Assembly (NCBI GenBank): GCA_021791445.1
Contig: JAJYWO010000014.1
Span: 1-38,106 of the forward strand
Length of the DNA: 38,106 nucleotides
Source: a bacterium
GTDB taxonomy: Bacteria; Patescibacteriota; Minisyncoccia; UBA6257; UBA9933
Direction: 5' to 3'
Below are positions 1 through 7,411 of the stretch, in pieces. Within the stretch, counting starts at the first letter, position 1. Each line of letters opens with the position of its first letter. The notes under the pieces were generated by a model. The model saw only the letters and a program-made list of their open reading frames with translations. It was not told the origin of the DNA and did no database searches. The translations under genes were made by a program, and so were the position numbers.

Positions 1-122
1 CAAAAAAGGCTGCTTGATTAAAGCGCCGGGATGAGATGAAAAAATTTTATTTTGCAATTTCGACATCGTAAATTAAAAATATAAAAAAATCCCTCCTCTA
101 TGATTGCCGGGAATTTTTTAAT

Positions 123-1184
123 TTATTTATTGTTTAACAAATATTTAACGCGGTTTATATTGTGCTTTTCCAAATTTTCTGAAAAAATAGTTTTTTTGGT
201 TTTGGGGTCGGAAATGTAAAAAAGATAATTCGAATCTTTTTTATCGATCACGGCTTTTATGGCGTCCAGGCTCGGATTGGCGATCGGCGCCGGCGTAAGG
301 CCGCGGCGCGTATAAGTGTTATACGCGGAATCTTTTTTTAAATCGCTTCTTACGAGCGGCGAACATCCCGAAAATTTTCCGGAACATTTATTATATAAAA
401 CCGTGGCGTCGATTTGAAGAGGCATTCCGATTTTCAGCCTTTTTTCAATAATTCCGGCGGCTATTTTCCGCTCCTCATTGTCGGGGATCTCTTTTTCCAA
501 ATAAGACGCAATAATCAATAACTTTAACACGCTGTCGTTTTTTTTGTCAACCCCCCACCCGGGCTTATAACTGTAATCCGTCGGCTCAATAACGGACATC
601 GCTTTATTTTCGAAATTATCCAAAAATTTGGTTATTGCCGTTTCAATATCTGAATTTTGGCGGAATTTATAAGTATCTGGAAGTAAAAATCCTTCCAAAG
701 AATCCGCTTCCGCCAGAAAGCCATATATATTTTTCATTTTCTCCAAATTTTCGTAATTTGTCAAATCGCCCTTTTTAATAATGCCCTCTTGCGACAGCCT
801 GTCGTCTATTTCCTTTAGCGTCATTCCCGGAGAAATCAATGCCGGAATATCTTTCGGTCCGGACAGCAAAATATTCAACAATTCCGGGATTGAAACCGGA
901 TAATCAAATCTATATCTTCCGTCCTGCAAGCGATGGGCGGCGCCTTTGAAGAACGCGTAAATTTTAAAAACGATTTTCGACCGAATGAGCCCCGCGGAAT
1001 AAAGATTGTCGGTTATTTCATTAAAACTCGCTCCTTTGGGAACGTTAAAAATAACCGGAATCTTGTCCGGATTCAAAGCCGGTTGAAGTTCTTTCGCAAA
1101 AGCGTTAACAACAACACCAGTTAAAATCGCGCCGATTAAAAAAATGCCTGTTAAAAAAGCTTTCATTTTATTTGCGGACAACAA
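123..1184 (-). CDS. mltG: Endolytic murein transglycosylase MltG (YceG-like)
   Basis: N-terminal TM anchor followed by the YceG/MltG core (LIIASYLEKE, GMPLQIDATVLY, NTYTRRGLTPAPIANP). The ATG at 1166 (MKAFLTG...) lies 1 nt after the upstream stop and is the more likely start. Confidence 0.8.
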   Translation of the reverse strand: MLSANKMKAFLTGIFLIGAILTGVVVNAFAKELQPALNPDKIPVIFNVPKGASFNEITDNLYSAGLIRSKIVFKIYAFFKGAAHRLQDGRYRFDYPVSIPELLNILLSGPKDIPALISPGMTLKEIDDRLSQEGIIKKGDLTNYENLEKMKNIYGFLAEADSLEGFLLPDTYKFRQNSDIETAITKFLDNFENKAMSVIEPTDYSYKPGWGVDKKNDSVLKLLIIASYLEKEIPDNEERKIAAGIIEKRLKIGMPLQIDATVLYNKCSGKFSGCSPLVRSDLKKDSAYNTYTRRGLTPAPIANPSLDAIKAVIDKKDSNYLFYISDPKTKKTIFSENLEKHNINRVKYLLNNK

Positions 1185-2265
1185 TGGATTGAATAATACC
1201 GATAATAATCAAATTAGTCAACAAACTTGAGCCGCCGTAGCTCAAAAACGGAAAAGTGACCCCCACCACCGGCATCAGCCCCAAATTGGAGCCGATATTA
1301 AGAAAAAATTGGGCGATAAACAGAATCGCCGCCCCCAAACAAACAAAACGGCTGAAATTATCGTTTGAATCCGCGCCGATTTTGATTACCCTGAAAATCA
1401 TCCATAAAAAAGCGGCGATAACCAAAAAACCGGCAACCAATCCGAATTCCTCCGCAATCGCCGCGAAAATAAAATCCGTCTGAGCTTCCGGCAAAAATCC
1501 AAGCTGAACCTGTGTTCCTTGCCCGAATCCCTTGCCCAAAAATCCGGCCGAACCGATGGCGATTTTCGATTGGATAACATTATAATTTATTCCCAAAACA
1601 TCCCTTTCCGGGAAAAACAAACCGATAATTCTTTCTTTTTGATAATTTTTCAAAACCCCGAACCACATCAACGACGCTATCAACAAAAAAATCAACAAGG
1701 AGATTATTAAATGTTTTGGCCTCAATCCGGAGACAAGCAAAAAACCAAACCAAATTAAAAATAAAACAATAACCGAACCCAAATCCGGCTGAATCGCTAC
1801 CAGCAAGGCGGGAACTAAAAAATAAACGAAAGAAACCAATAAATTTGAAATTCTCGCTATGGAAACGTGTCTTTTTTTGAAAAAACCGGCGAATACGACA
1901 ATTAAGGCGAGCTTGGCGAATTCCGACGCCTGAAACTGGAATGAACCGACCATAAGCCATCCCCTTATGCCGCGCACCGTTGGCGCAAAAAAATAAGTGG
2001 CGACCAAAAGAATAATCACCGCCGAATAAATCCCGAACACTATCGCCCGATGATTGGCAAAAGGCCGCCAATCAAAAGAAATAATCGCAAACGCGATAAC
2101 AATTCCGATAATCCAAAACAAGATTTGTTTGTAAAACAAATCCGGCTTAGCGCTCAACAAACTCAACAAGCCGGCAAATCCCAGAAATAAAACCGCCGTA
2201 TTGAGTTTCCAGTCCTGATGCTTGAAAAAAGAAATCATTTTTTTATTATAACCCCAAATTGCCAT
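1168..2265 (-). CDS. SEDS-family peptidoglycan polymerase (FtsW/RodA/SpoVE)
   Basis: Polytopic membrane protein with SEDS signatures (FQASEFAKLALIV, LPEAQTDFIFAAIAEEFG, GVTFPFLSYGGSSLL). I cannot tell RodA from FtsW from sequence alone. The alternative ATG at 2238 avoids overlap with tsaD. Confidence 0.85.
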   Translation of the reverse strand: MAIWGYNKKMISFFKHQDWKLNTAVLFLGFAGLLSLLSAKPDLFYKQILFWIIGIVIAFAIISFDWRPFANHRAIVFGIYSAVIILLVATYFFAPTVRGIRGWLMVGSFQFQASEFAKLALIVVFAGFFKKRHVSIARISNLLVSFVYFLVPALLVAIQPDLGSVIVLFLIWFGFLLVSGLRPKHLIISLLIFLLIASLMWFGVLKNYQKERIIGLFFPERDVLGINYNVIQSKIAIGSAGFLGKGFGQGTQVQLGFLPEAQTDFIFAAIAEEFGLVAGFLVIAAFLWMIFRVIKIGADSNDNFSRFVCLGAAILFIAQFFLNIGSNLGLMPVVGVTFPFLSYGGSSLLTNLIIIGIIQSIVVRK

Positions 2266-3289
2266 TGGCGGCCAATCGTTTATTTTTCTTTTTCAAATAA
2301 TTTATATAGCCGGCAACCGCTATCATTACGGCATTGTCTGTGCAAAATTTTTTATTGGGAAAAAATACCTTAATTTTTAATTTTTCTCCGCCAGCTGGCG
2401 GATTGGTTTTTGGTTTTTGGTTATTTATGGCTTTTTTAAATTCTTTCGCCAATGTTTTATTCGCCGCGACTCCGCCGGAAATGAAAATGGATTTAGCGTT
2501 AAATTCCTTTGCCGCGCGCAAAGTTTTTTTGATTAAAATGTCAAAAGCGGCCTTTTGGAACGCTGCCGCCACATCTTCTTTTTTAAAATTTTTATTGTCT
2601 CTTAAATAATAAAGCACGGCTGTTTTAAGACCTGAGAAGCTGAAATCATAGTTTTTTTGGTTGAGCATCGGCCTTGGAAAATCGATCGCGTCGGCGTTGC
2701 CGATTTTTGCCAGTTTTTCAATTTCCGGACCGCCCGGATAAGGCAAATTGAGCAAGCGCGCCACTTTATCAAACGCTTCGCCAACCGCGTCATCGCGCGT
2801 CTCGCCGATTTTTTTATATTTCGCCAGCGAATCCATTTTAACCAAAATCGTATGCCCGCCGCTCACAATCAACGCAATCGCCGGAAAAATATTTTTCTTA
2901 TTCATTCTCACATTCTCAAGAATATTGGAATAAAGATGTCCCTCTAAATGATTTACGCCAATCAAATTAGATTTGAGATTTTTCGCAAAATTTATGCCGG
3001 TCCATAATGCGGGTTCTAGTCCCGGTCCAACCGTTACGGCGATTAAGTCTATAGAATTTAGAATATAGGATTTAGAATTTAGAATTTTTTTAAATAAAAT
3101 CGGCAAATTTTTAAGATGCTCGCGCTTCGCCAAATTCGGCACCACTCCGCCGAACGGCTGGTGAATTTTTATCTGCGACGCCACTAAATTTTTTATAATC
3201 TTAAATTGAGGATTGTTTAAACCCCCCTTCGCGTCTATTAAAGCAATAGCCGTTTCATCGCAGCTTGTTTCAATCGCAAGAATTCTCAT
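2246..3289 (-). CDS. tsaD: tRNA N6-adenosine threonylcarbamoyltransferase TsaD (Kae1/Gcp)
   Basis: MRILAIETSCDETAIAL start, GVNHLEGHL, SGGHT and CTDNAVMIA motifs. I placed the start at the second Met (3289) because the longer ORF to 3301 would run into the tRNA at 3293-3367. Confidence 0.9.
   Translation of the reverse strand: MRILAIETSCDETAIALIDAKGGLNNPQFKIIKNLVASQIKIHQPFGGVVPNLAKREHLKNLPILFKKILNSKSYILNSIDLIAVTVGPGLEPALWTGINFAKNLKSNLIGVNHLEGHLYSNILENVRMNKKNIFPAIALIVSGGHTILVKMDSLAKYKKIGETRDDAVGEAFDKVARLLNLPYPGGPEIEKLAKIGNADAIDFPRPMLNQKNYDFSFSGLKTAVLYYLRDNKNFKKEDVAAAFQKAAFDILIKKTLRAAKEFNAKSIFISGGVAANKTLAKEFKKAINNQKPKTNPPAGGEKLKIKVFFPNKKFCTDNAVMIAVAGYINYLKKKNKRLAANGNLGL
2386..2403. repeat. 18-nt palindromic element CTCCGCCAGCTGGCGGAT (core is the 16-nt perfect palindrome TCCGCCAGCTGGCGGA)
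   Basis: Read directly. The exact reverse complement is present at 27783-27800. It lies inside tsaD, where it encodes PPAGG. Confidence 0.9.
3053..3087. repeat. Five tandem heptamers (AGAATTT AGAATAT AGGATTT AGAATTT AGAATTT) inside tsaD
   Basis: Read directly. On the coding strand it encodes LNSKSYILNS. It belongs to the same heptamer family as 7349-7401, 25907-25931 and 30602-30629. Confidence 0.85.
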
Positions 3290-3292
3290 TTG

Positions 3293-3367
3293 TGCTCCCA
3301 ACGGGATTTGAACCCGTGTTTTCAGGATGAAAACCTGATGTCCTAGACCGGGCTAGACGATAGGAGC
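3293..3367 (-). tRNA. tRNA-Glu (anticodon UUC)
   Basis: The reverse complement reads GCTCCTATCGTCTAGCCCGGTCTAGGACATCAGGTTTTCATCCTGAAAACACGGGTTCAAATCCCGTTGGGAGCA. It has a 7-bp acceptor stem, a GTTCAAATC T-loop, and anticodon loop TTTTCAT with TTC at positions 34-36. CCA is not encoded. Confidence 0.85.
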
Positions 3368-3438
3368 GAAATTTTATTCCAATTTTCGATTGGTTATTAT
3401 ATAATATCTTCAAATAAACGCAAAACGCAAGCCTAAAA

Positions 3439-5085
3439 ATGACGGAAAAAACCAAAGACATCACTGTATTCGCCAAAACAAACTTTCGAAACAAAGATCG
3501 AGTTTTTGGCATTAAAACCATTGACCGGCGGCAGCATATGTACGTCATTGGAAAAACCGGCACCGGAAAAACCACAATGCTTTTTAATTTGGCGGTGCAG
3601 GACATTGTCAACGGCCGCGGGGTTTGCATTGTGGACCCGCATGGTGAATTCGTTGAAACGGTTATAAAAAGAATTCCCGAATCGCGGCTCAAAGACGTTG
3701 TTTATTTTAATCCCATAGACACCGAATACCCAATCGGCTTTAATGTTTTGGAAGTCGCGGATCCGAAATACAAACATTTAATTTCCTCGGATTTAATGGC
3801 GATTTTCACGAAAATCTGGTCCAATGTCTGGTCAGCCAGAATGGAATACATTTTAAGTAACTGTATTTTGGCGCTGATAGACACGCCGGGCACCACGCTT
3901 TTAGGCATTCCGAGAATTCTGGTTGATAAAGATTACCGCCAACAAATTATCGCCAATATTAAAGACCCGGTTGTCAAATCTTTTTGGATAAACGAATACG
4001 AAACATGGCGCGACCAATTCCGAAACGAAGCCATTGTCCCGATTCAAAACAAAGTCGGACAATTCCTCTCAACATCCCTGATTAGAAACATAGTCGGCCA
4101 GCCGAAAAGCACCATTAATATCCCCGAAATAATGAACAGCGAGAAAATATTTTTGGTTAATCTTTCCAAGGGAAGAATCGGCGAAGACAATGCCGCGCTT
4201 CTCGGCGCGATGATTATCACTAAAATCCAACTGGCGGCAATGGAAAGAGTGAGAATTCCGGAACAAGAAAGAAAGGATTTTTATCTTTACGTGGATGAAT
4301 TCCAAAATTTTGTCACCGACTCATTTGCCAACATTCTTTCTGAAGCCAGAAAATACAGATTAAGCTTGGTTATCGCTCATCAATATATCGGCCAGCTTGC
4401 GACCAAAGATTCAACTGTTGTGCGGGACGCCATTTTCGGCAACGTCGGCACAATGATTGTTTTTCGTGTTGGAGCCGCGGACGCGGAATTTCTGGAAAAA
4501 GAACTGGAACCCGATTTTACCATAGAAGACGTCGTCAATCTGCCGAACCGCCAAATTTATCTCAAGCTTATGGTTGACGGCGTTACCAGCCGGCCGTTCT
4601 CGGCCAGCACATTGCCGCCCTTGGCCGTTACGGCGAATGAAAATAACCACGAAATGGTCATTGAAACATCGCGCAAATTATACGCCAAATCAAAAAATGA
4701 AATTGAAGAAGAAATTTCCAGATGGAGCGGAATGGCAATGGAAAGAAGGCCGCAATTCGAAAAACGGTCCGTTACCGGCGCGCCGACTATAAAAAAATAC
4801 GCGCCTCGCGGAGATTTCCGCCCCAAACCGATGGCCGGCATCCAACTCGGAGAAATGGGCATAGAATTTGAACCGCCCAAGCGAAAAACTTTTACCGAAA
4901 AATTCAAGGAATTTGAAAAAATTCCTCGACCGCAAAGAAAAGAAATTTCTTTAGAAGAATTGCGAAAATCAGAGCCCGCAAAAAAAGAATTTATAAAAAA
5001 AGAACCGCTTCCTAAAAAACCAGCAGTAGAGCCTCAAATGGACGAACTAAAAGAAGCGATTAAGAAAGCGATAGAAGAAGTTTAA
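3439..5085 (+). CDS. Soluble TraD/VirD4-like (T4SS coupling-protein-type, FtsK/HerA superfamily) P-loop ATPase, paralog A
   Basis: Walker A VIGKTGTGKTT, Walker B FYLYVDEF (D-E codons at 4294-4299), LVIAHQY, and GNVGTMIVFRVG. There is no N-terminal TM helix. The C-terminal tail of about 130 aa is K/E/P-rich and looks disordered. Confidence 0.7.
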   Translation: MTEKTKDITVFAKTNFRNKDRVFGIKTIDRRQHMYVIGKTGTGKTTMLFNLAVQDIVNGRGVCIVDPHGEFVETVIKRIPESRLKDVVYFNPIDTEYPIGFNVLEVADPKYKHLISSDLMAIFTKIWSNVWSARMEYILSNCILALIDTPGTTLLGIPRILVDKDYRQQIIANIKDPVVKSFWINEYETWRDQFRNEAIVPIQNKVGQFLSTSLIRNIVGQPKSTINIPEIMNSEKIFLVNLSKGRIGEDNAALLGAMIITKIQLAAMERVRIPEQERKDFYLYVDEFQNFVTDSFANILSEARKYRLSLVIAHQYIGQLATKDSTVVRDAIFGNVGTMIVFRVGAADAEFLEKELEPDFTIEDVVNLPNRQIYLKLMVDGVTSRPFSASTLPPLAVTANENNHEMVIETSRKLYAKSKNEIEEEISRWSGMAMERRPQFEKRSVTGAPTIKKYAPRGDFRPKPMAGIQLGEMGIEFEPPKRKTFTEKFKEFEKIPRPQRKEISLEELRKSEPAKKEFIKKEPLPKKPAVEPQMDELKEAIKKAIEEV

Positions 5086-5399
5086 TGTTTCGGCTTGTCG
5101 TTTTCCAGCGGCCTGATTAAAATCAAGCGCAAAAATTTCAATATTACCAATACCAATATCAAATACCCGAGCATCGCGGAAAGAGTTGTAAAATCAACCA
5201 CTCCTTTATTGACATAAACATTCGGAAATATGAATTTGAACGGCGCGATTATGAAATCCGTTGTTTTGTAAAGCAATTCAACTATCAGCGCTTTTGAACT
5301 GGCGCCCAAAAATTTCAAAACCACCCTCGCTCCCAAAACAATTTCCAACAATCCGGTCAAATATTTGATTATCGAAGAAATGTAATAATATTTGTGCAT
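5082..5399 (-). CDS. YggT-like small integral membrane protein
   Basis: 105 aa with two hydrophobic segments flanking a TDFIIAPFKFIFP ... VDFTTL core that resembles YggT-family proteins. Its stop codon overlaps the convergent stop of the upstream ATPase gene. Confidence 0.45.
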   Translation of the reverse strand: MHKYYYISSIIKYLTGLLEIVLGARVVLKFLGASSKALIVELLYKTTDFIIAPFKFIFPNVYVNKGVVDFTTLSAMLGYLILVLVILKFLRLILIRPLENDKPKH

Positions 5400-5423
5400 A
5401 TATATATTTTAATATATTGTTTT

Positions 5424-6767
5424 TTATTGTGCAAATCCGTCCGTCTTTTCCGTCGAAACGCAATAATTTTGACGGTTATATTCAACAATTTTATCTTTAT
5501 AAGACGGATGCGTCGGCGCCAAAACTTTTAAAGTTTCCGCCGAAAATGGGTCCGACACTCCATCGTCAATCGTCATTTTAATATAAAATTCGCGCATTCC
5601 CAAATTTATCATGTCTTTCGCCTTGAAAACCGGCGTCATTTCTTTTTCAATAATGAAGGCGTCGTCAGCGCTTAATCTAAAAACAATTATCGTCGCGATA
5701 TTTCCCATAATCACCGGGAGAATCCCCTGAGGAATCTGTGCGAGATATTGATGGGCAATTGTGAGGCAAAGATTGTATTTTCTGGCATCAGCCAAAAAAT
5801 TATCAAAAAAATCCGTTATGACATTGTGAAAATCACTTATGTAAAAATAAAAATCTTCACGATTTTTTTCCCGGTTGTTTTTTCTTAATATTACTGTCTG
5901 ATAAATTTTAGCAATGAAAAGAGAGCCGAAAAAATTGGCGCTGTTTTCTCCCAATTTTCCTTTTGCAAGGTTAACAAGGAGAATCTTTTTTTCGCTTATT
6001 ATTTTATCAAAATCAATTTTATTTTCTTTCTGATTAAAAATATTTTTAAGCAAGGGATTGGAAAAAATACGGCTGAGCTTGTTGATCAAAGGGATAATCG
6101 CTTCTGTTTCAAATTTTTCCTTCCATCCAATAAATTCAACTTCCCAAAAATTCCTGACCATATCGTCTTTTACGCATTCCAAAACTCTGCGCCGATAATT
6201 TTCATCGGTTATCATCAAAATCATTCCATCTATTGTGGCAAACGGGCAATCAAGAAGAGCCAGACAAATAAATCTGAAAACATGTTCTATTTTAAGATTC
6301 CAATTGGCGTTGAATTGTTTTTTGATTATCTCGGTAAGCCATTGGGCGAATTGATGCCTTATTTCAGGAGAAACGTCTTTCAGCGGATTAAAAGAAAATG
6401 GCCGCTGAATATCGGAAGGGTCAGCCAAAACAACATCCTTAATCCGTTCCTCCGGAATAAAATTAAGAATGTCGTCAATCAATTCCCCGTAAGGATCGAT
6501 TAAACACAGCCCTTCTCCGTAAGAAATATCCTGCCTGACAAGCAATTCTAATAATTTCGTTTTGCCGACTCCCGATTTTCCAACAATATACATATGCCGT
6601 TTTCTGTCGCTTCTTTTAACACCGAAAATAAATCTTTTTGATTCAAATTCGGATTCGTAATTGGTGCGGCCGAAAAAACAAACTTCTGCCGGGTCAATTT
6701 GGCCGTAAATCGGCAAATCCGGCGGCGGCGGCGCGTATTTAATTATTTTTACTTTTTCACCGTTCAT
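5424..6767 (-). CDS. Soluble TraD/VirD4-like P-loop ATPase, paralog B (Walker B degenerate)
   Basis: Collinear with paralog A: Walker A IVGKSGVGKTK, LTIAHQY, and GNIATIIVFRLS. The Walker B position reads FYFYISDF, so D-E is replaced by S-D (codons at 5832-5837). No TM helix. Confidence 0.7.
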   Translation of the reverse strand: MNGEKVKIIKYAPPPPDLPIYGQIDPAEVCFFGRTNYESEFESKRFIFGVKRSDRKRHMYIVGKSGVGKTKLLELLVRQDISYGEGLCLIDPYGELIDDILNFIPEERIKDVVLADPSDIQRPFSFNPLKDVSPEIRHQFAQWLTEIIKKQFNANWNLKIEHVFRFICLALLDCPFATIDGMILMITDENYRRRVLECVKDDMVRNFWEVEFIGWKEKFETEAIIPLINKLSRIFSNPLLKNIFNQKENKIDFDKIISEKKILLVNLAKGKLGENSANFFGSLFIAKIYQTVILRKNNREKNREDFYFYISDFHNVITDFFDNFLADARKYNLCLTIAHQYLAQIPQGILPVIMGNIATIIVFRLSADDAFIIEKEMTPVFKAKDMINLGMREFYIKMTIDDGVSDPFSAETLKVLAPTHPSYKDKIVEYNRQNYCVSTEKTDGFAQ

Positions 6768-7285
6768 ATTAATTCCAATTCTATGTTCAATAATTCCTCT
6801 ATTGTTTTATGATAAATTCCAATAATTCTTTTGGCTTCGTCAGCCGGCAAATGAAAATCAGCTTCATGGGCAAGGCGATTTCTGATTTTATGCGCTTCCC
6901 ATAAATCGTTGAGGTTGTCTATTTCGGACGGGTGAATTGATTTTAATCGTTCGCCCATATCATTGCCCGGATGACCATGCTCTTTCAAAATTTCGTCAAC
7001 CAAACTGTCGGCTTCAATAATTGCCAACCGTAAATCGCGCTCGTCGCCTGATTTTATTCTTTCCAATAATTTGTTCCATTTTTTATGAACGATTTCCCTG
7101 TGTTTTATTATCTGCCTGTATCTGCCGTCTTTAACTTTTATAACTTTAAGCAGGTCTAAAGTTTCGGAAGGAGTTAATTTCGACCTGAATGGCAACGATT
7201 TCACCCAAAACCAAACAATAAGTGCCGTTAAAACAACAATGACAAAAATAAAAAATAATTTAAAAACAAATAAATAAGTTAACAT
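6764..7285 (-). CDS. Membrane-anchored helical protein with an HEPN-like R-x4-H motif
   Basis: N-terminal TM segment (FIFVIVVLTALIVWFWV) followed by an all-helical-looking domain ending in WEAHKIRNRLAHE. It overlaps the start of ATPase B by 4 nt (translational coupling). The functional call is tentative. Confidence 0.4.
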   Translation of the reverse strand: MLTYLFVFKLFFIFVIVVLTALIVWFWVKSLPFRSKLTPSETLDLLKVIKVKDGRYRQIIKHREIVHKKWNKLLERIKSGDERDLRLAIIEADSLVDEILKEHGHPGNDMGERLKSIHPSEIDNLNDLWEAHKIRNRLAHEADFHLPADEAKRIIGIYHKTIEELLNIELELI

Positions 7286-7348
7286 TGAAAATTCTAAAAT
7301 TCAAAGCACTAAATCCTAAATAAATTCAAAAAATTAAATTCAAAAATT

Positions 7349-7401
7349 TGCATTTTAGATTTTAATATTATTTAGAATTTAGGATTTTGTATTTTGGATT
7401 T
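7349..7401. repeat. Intergenic heptamer-periodic tract (TGCATTT TAGATTT TAATATT ... AGAATTT AGGATTT TGTATTT TGGATTT)
   Basis: Read directly in the 126-nt AT-rich spacer 7286-7411. The left half of the spacer carries the complementary units (AAATTCT, AAATCCT), giving an 11-bp inverted repeat between 7311-7321 and 7377-7387. Confidence 0.7.
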
Positions 7402-7411
7402 ATCGTTTATA

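Noticed and set aside
1-122. Possible gene or terminator in the first 122 nt
   Set aside because: There is no ORF of useful length, and no convincing hairpin plus U-tract. The sequence is too close to the window edge to interpret.
3270-3777. Minus-strand ORFs of 140 and 114 aa overlapping tRNA-Glu and the start of the T4CP-like gene
   Set aside because: They are antisense to a well-supported ATPase gene and overlap a tRNA. No motifs are present.
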